Assembly (NCBI GenBank): GCA_041638115.1
Contig: JBFKXO010000001.1
Coordinates: 1,693-65,692 of the forward strand
Length of the DNA stretch: 64,000 nucleotides
Origin: Litorivivens sp.
GTDB lineage: Bacteria; Pseudomonadota; Gammaproteobacteria; Pseudomonadales; Spongiibacteraceae
Reading direction: 5' to 3'
A program made the translations under genes and the position numbers. Under the pieces are notes generated by a model. The model worked only from the letters and a program-made list of their open reading frames with translations. It was not told the origin of the DNA and did not search any database. Shown one piece after another: positions 59,825-64,000 of the stretch; the stretch's first letter is position 1, and every line of letters begins with the position of its first letter.

Positions 59825-60037
59825 GCGGTGTGCCGTTATTGCCAGTGAGTTGAGGGCGCTAGGATACCGGCCCCCCCGTGAATTTTCACGGACTTTACCG
59901 CCGTTGTATCGGGCGATTCCCAGCGGCGGGGATTTATGGAACAATGAAATTTGGTCGCGGCCAATAAAATGCTGTACAGACAAGGTATTACGTAAAGCAC
60001 TTCTCATAAATAACGTGACATAGACGAGAGTTAAGCA

Positions 60038-60547
60038 GTGATCGACGCGGAAGGTTTCAGGCCCAATGTTGGCATGGTTCTGGCGGATGGCCAGGGCCGT
60101 GTGCTGTGGGCGCGTCGGGCAGGCCAGGATGCCTGGCAGTTTCCCCAGGGCGGTATTCAACAGGGCGAAAGCCCGGAGCAGGCGCTGTATCGCGAGTTGG
60201 AAGAAGAGGTGGGCCTCAAGCCCGGTCACGTCAGGGTATTGAGCGCTACCCGCGGTTGGTTGCGCTATCGCTTGCCACAGCGTCTGGTGCGTCGTAACCA
60301 CAATGGACCGGTGTGTATCGGCCAGAAACAGAAATGGTTTCTGCTGGAATTTCTGGGTTCTGAAAGCGATGTCATTCTTACAGCTGACCCGACCAAGCCC
60401 GAGTTTGATGCCTGGGCCTGGGTCAGTTACTGGTACCCGGTGAATCAGGTCGTCGCCTTCAAGCGCGATGTTTATCGGCGGGCGCTCAAGGAGTTGTGTC
60501 CCCGTCACAGTCGCCTGGTGAGTGACGGCGGCCGGAGGGCCGGCTGA
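60038..60547 (+). CDS. rppH: RNA pyrophosphohydrolase
   Basis: [11 protein letters not shown], Nudix box [31 protein letters not shown]. Confidence 0.97.
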   Translation: MIDAEGFRPNVGMVLADGQGRVLWARRAGQDAWQFPQGGIQQGESPEQALYRELEEEVGLKPGHVRVLSATRGWLRYRLPQRLVRRNHNGPVCIGQKQKWFLLEFLGSESDVILTADPTKPEFDAWAWVSYWYPVNQVVAFKRDVYRRALKELCPRHSRLVSDGGRRAG

Positions 60548-62844
60548 TGATGCTGGATGCCCTGCGGCGTATCGTCCAGGCGGTCAATTCGGCCGACGAT
60601 CTGCAGTCGGCACTCGATATCATGGTGCAGCGCATCTCGCAGGTCATGGGCGTGGAGGTCTGCACCGTTTACCTGAAAGACCAGGAAAGCAAGCGTCTGG
60701 TCATGATGGCCAACGAGGGTTTCAACCCGGAGTTGGTGGGTGTGGCCAGTCTGGCCGAGGATGAGGGTCTGGTCGGCGTGGTTGCCCGACGTGAAGAACC
60801 GCTGAACCTCGACAAGGCGGAAGAACACCCCAGTTATTTCTATCTGGAAGGCATTGGCGAAGAGCTCTACCACTCCTTCCTCGGCGTGCCCATTATTCAC
60901 CAGCGCCGTCTGCTGGGCGTACTGGTTGTCCAGCAGAAAGAATCGCGCCGCTTTGACGAGGACGAGGAGGCCTTCCTTGTCACCATGTCGGCGCAGCTGG
61001 CCGGGGTTATCGCCCATGCCAAGGCCACCGGCGCCATCGGCGGTAAAAACCGCAAGCGCGACCCGTCCCGCAGCGCCGAATTTACCGGTATTGCTGGCGC
61101 TCCCGGTATCGCCATGGGTACGGCGGTGTTGGTGATTCCCGAGGCGGATCTGTACTCGGTGCCGAGTCGCCCCTGTGACAACGTGGACAACGAAGTCGCC
61201 TTTTTCTTCCAGTGCCTGCAGGCCGTGCGCGAGGACATTACCGATATCAAAACCCGGCTGCAGGACCGGCTCGCCAAGGAAGAACAGGCGCTGTTTGACG
61301 TGTACCTGAGCATGCTGGACGACCGGGCGCTGGGTATCGAAATAGAAGACAAGATTCGCGAGGGCGAGTGGGCTCAGGGGGCGTTGGCGCAGGTGGTGAT
61401 ATCCCACGTGCGTACCTTCGAGAGCATGGAAGACGCCTATCTGAAAGAGCGCGCCACCGATGTAAAAGACTTAGGTAGGCGAGTGCTTGCTTATCTGCAA
61501 ACCGCCAATACGCGAGATATCGAATACCCGGAACGGACCATTTTGGTCGGTGAAGAGTTGACCGCCTCGGTGCTGGCCGAAGTGCCTCGTGAAAAACTGG
61601 TCGGGCTGGTAAGCGTGCGCGGTTCGAGCAATTCGCACGCGGCGATTCTGGCCCGGGCCATGGGTGTGCCCACCATTATGGGGGCGGTGGATCTGCCGTT
61701 TACTCAGGTAGAAGGCGCCAATCTGGTGGTGGACGGTTACAACGGTATTGTTCACTACAACCCGGCGCCGGAGCTTTACGCTCGCTTTGAAGCGATCTAT
61801 GCCGAACAGCAGGAGCTCACCAAGGGGCTGGAAGCACTGCGCAATGTGCCCAGTGAGACCCTCGACGGTCATCGGGTGCCACTCTGGGTGAATACGGGTT
61901 TGATGGTCGATGTGGCCAAGTCTATCGATCATGGCGCCGAAGGGGTGGGCCTCTACCGCACCGAAATTCCCTTCCTGCTGCGTGAGCGCTTTCCCAGTGA
62001 GGAAGAGCAGCGGGTGATCTATCGCGAGCAGTTGCAGGCGTTCTCGCCCCTGCCGGTGACCATGCGCACCCTGGACATCGGCGGCGATAAATCCCTGCCC
62101 TATTTTCCCATCGAAGAGGAAAACCCCTTCCTGGGCTGGCGTGGCATTCGCGTTACTCTAGACCACCCGGAGATTTTTCTGGTGCAGGTGCGGGCCATGC
62201 TCAAGGCCAGTGTCGGCATGGACAACCTGCGCATCATGCTGCCGATGATCAGTAATGTGCCCGAGTTGGAAGAGGCGCTGGAGCTTATCTATCGTGCCCA
62301 CGACGAACTGGTGGATGAGGGTGTGGATGCCAAACTGCCACCCATCGGCGTGATGGTGGAAGTGCCGTCGGCGGTTTATCAGGCGCGGGAACTGGCGCGA
62401 CGGGTGGATTTTCTGTCGGTGGGCTCCAACGATCTGACCCAGTATCTGCTGGCGGTTGACCGCAACAACTCGCGCGTGGCCGATCTCTACCATTCAATGC
62501 ACCCGGCCATATTGCGGGCGCTGAGAGACGTGGCGCTGGCGGCGGATGCCGAGGGCAAGCCGGTGGGCATCTGCGGTGAGCTGGCCGGTGACCCCGGCGC
62601 GGCCATTTTGCTGATTGCGATGGGCTACGACATGCTGTCGATGAACGCCAACAGCCTGCTCAAAGTAAAATCGGTGATTCGCAGTCACAGTGTGGAAGCG
62701 GCCACCAACCTGCTGGAACGCGCGCTGAAACTGGAATCCTCGGCCCAGGTCAGGGAATTGGTGCGCACCTCCATGGCGGAAGCGGGGGTGGGCAAAATGT
62801 TGCAGCCGAATTTAGGTGAGGAACTGCGCTCGCCGCGCCATTGA
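60547..62844 (+). CDS. ptsP: Phosphoenolpyruvate-protein phosphotransferase EI-Ntr
   Basis: N-terminal GAF, SNSHAAILAR, GVGLYRTE, ENPFLGWRGIR, SVGSNDL, ICGE. Follows rppH. Confidence 0.97.
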   Translation: MMLDALRRIVQAVNSADDLQSALDIMVQRISQVMGVEVCTVYLKDQESKRLVMMANEGFNPELVGVASLAEDEGLVGVVARREEPLNLDKAEEHPSYFYLEGIGEELYHSFLGVPIIHQRRLLGVLVVQQKESRRFDEDEEAFLVTMSAQLAGVIAHAKATGAIGGKNRKRDPSRSAEFTGIAGAPGIAMGTAVLVIPEADLYSVPSRPCDNVDNEVAFFFQCLQAVREDITDIKTRLQDRLAKEEQALFDVYLSMLDDRALGIEIEDKIREGEWAQGALAQVVISHVRTFESMEDAYLKERATDVKDLGRRVLAYLQTANTRDIEYPERTILVGEELTASVLAEVPREKLVGLVSVRGSSNSHAAILARAMGVPTIMGAVDLPFTQVEGANLVVDGYNGIVHYNPAPELYARFEAIYAEQQELTKGLEALRNVPSETLDGHRVPLWVNTGLMVDVAKSIDHGAEGVGLYRTEIPFLLRERFPSEEEQRVIYREQLQAFSPLPVTMRTLDIGGDKSLPYFPIEEENPFLGWRGIRVTLDHPEIFLVQVRAMLKASVGMDNLRIMLPMISNVPELEEALELIYRAHDELVDEGVDAKLPPIGVMVEVPSAVYQARELARRVDFLSVGSNDLTQYLLAVDRNNSRVADLYHSMHPAILRALRDVALAADAEGKPVGICGELAGDPGAAILLIAMGYDMLSMNANSLLKVKSVIRSHSVEAATNLLERALKLESSAQVRELVRTSMAEAGVGKMLQPNLGEELRSPRH

Positions 62845-62853
62845 GGCTGGGTT

Positions 62854-63609
62854 TCAGACGGCAACGCCGAGCGGGTTCAGTGAGAAGCGTTTTGGCTCGC
62901 CGATAGGTCCTTGTGCATCAAATAGCTGCTCGCAGAACACAGCATTTCCCAATGTATCGCGCAAATACACGGTCGACGCCCGGGTGCCGTAGTTACGCTC
63001 TATGGCGCGAATAAAGAACGCCGACAGCGCGCGTTCCAGCGGATCGTCTGAGCTGTTGGTTGGCTCTGCATTGGCGAGCATGGCAAACAGTTCGGGCTCG
63101 GTGGGTCCTTGATTCAGGCACTTGGCCATCGCCACCTGGGCGGCGCTGATCTTGCGCTCGTCGCTATCCAGTCGATCGTTGCCGATGGCGTGTATGCCGG
63201 GGGGGAGTACCTGAAAGCTGTCGTGAACATCGCTGGTATAGACCAGCTCTTCGCCGTCACACATCAGCAAATTGAAAGGGTTGTACTGACTGCGCTCGCG
63301 ATCCACGCTCGCCATAAAATCGGCGGTGGGTTGAGCGCTGAGCAGGTAGCGGGCCACCAGTTCGCCGCGTGAGCGACCTTGGGGCGGCAGCTCGCCGCCG
63401 CGAAAGTTGGTAATGGCGGCAAAATCGCCGCGCGTGTTAACGCCCAGCCAGGTGCCGCCTTTTTCCATATCGCGGCCGCCCAGTACCTGCGGCGATTCCT
63501 TCCAGAAGTGTGCAGCGATACTGGGACGCTGGTAGTATTCGTCTCGGTTCGCCGCCACAATAAGCGGATACTTGGGGTGGGCCTTCCAGGCCACAACGAT
63601 CAGGCACAT
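62854..63609 (-). CDS. NRDE/TANGO2 family protein
   Basis: MCLI, AANRDEYY.RP, GGTWLG, TNFR, SRGELV, YGTRASTV. Confidence 0.92.
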   Translation of the reverse strand: MCLIVVAWKAHPKYPLIVAANRDEYYQRPSIAAHFWKESPQVLGGRDMEKGGTWLGVNTRGDFAAITNFRGGELPPQGRSRGELVARYLLSAQPTADFMASVDRERSQYNPFNLLMCDGEELVYTSDVHDSFQVLPPGIHAIGNDRLDSDERKISAAQVAMAKCLNQGPTEPELFAMLANAEPTNSSDDPLERALSAFFIRAIERNYGTRASTVYLRDTLGNAVFCEQLFDAQGPIGEPKRFSLNPLGVAV

Positions 63610-63717
63610 GGCGATGCTTACACTGAAAACGTGGTCGCCATGATAGCAAGCTTTCAACTGTTGTCAGTAAATGAGAAACGAAAAACGCCCGATGTGGCCA
63701 GAGGATAGCGCAGGCAC

Positions 63718-64000
63718 GTGTTGATCATAACGTATTTGCTGCTGGGCGCCGTGGCGGGGCTGACAGCGGGCTTGTTCGGGGTTGGCGGCGGCCTGATTAT
63801 CGTGCCGGCCCTGGTGTTCAGCTTTACCGCGCTGGATTTTGCGCCGACGGTGCTGACCCAGCTGGCGGTGGGGACCTCGCTCGCCACCATTGTGCTGACG
63901 TCTATCAGCTCCGTGCGGGCACATCACACCTATGGCAACGTGGACTGGGGTCTGTTCTGGAAAATGGCGCCGGCCATCGCCTTTGGTGTGGTGCTTGGTG
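63718..64000 (+). CDS. Sulfite exporter TauE/SafE family protein (runs off the window)
   Basis: GAVAGLTAGLFGVGGGLIIVP..AVGTSLATI..SSVRAH read from GTG 63718. Confidence 0.88.
   Translation, partial: MLIITYLLLGAVAGLTAGLFGVGGGLIIVPALVFSFTALDFAPTVLTQLAVGTSLATIVLTSISSVRAHHTYGNVDWGLFWKMAPAIAFGVVLG

Noticed and set aside
59825-60508. Long N-terminal extension of the HAD hydrolase overlapping rppH antisense
   Set aside because: The HAD motif begins right after GTG 59824, and the extension is a shadow frame of rppH
19689-64000. Numerous long antisense or alternate-frame ORFs in the track (e.g. 54052..54876, 60505..61407, 25194..25853)
   Set aside because: They overlap well-supported genes, lack motifs and are typical shadows of GC-rich codon usage

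Overview
Chromosomal window from a marine-type gammaproteobacterium. Gene content and order (yheS-TIGR02444-algP-FKBP, typA-pip-dtd, parC, rppH-ptsP, paired TonB-dependent receptors) suggest Cellvibrionales/Spongiibacter-like, which is an inference. The left ~19.5 kb is an accessory cell-surface island. It has two equal-length (511 aa) paralogous SAM methyltransferases, each upstream of a large RTX/S-layer-like type I-secretion substrate. It also has a two-domain prolyl-4-hydroxylase-like 2OG-Fe(II) oxygenase next to a (Thr-Pro)21-containing surface protein, plus SapC, a DUF6447-like protein, a broken RAYT transposase, two outer-membrane barrels and an Ig-like lipoprotein. A nested inverted-repeat element sits at the island edge. 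Most of 19.7-48 kb and 59-64 kb is housekeeping, apart from a tandem pair of unknown small paralogs and three unannotated single-helix microprotein ORFs at 44.3-44.8 kb. The 48-59 kb region looks like a lipid-scavenging locus: a sphBCD-like operon, two paralogous TonB receptors, an AGMO-like hydroxylase and a spinster-like MFS. No rRNA, tRNA or CRISPR array was seen. All family assignments come from motif recognition by eye, not from database searches.
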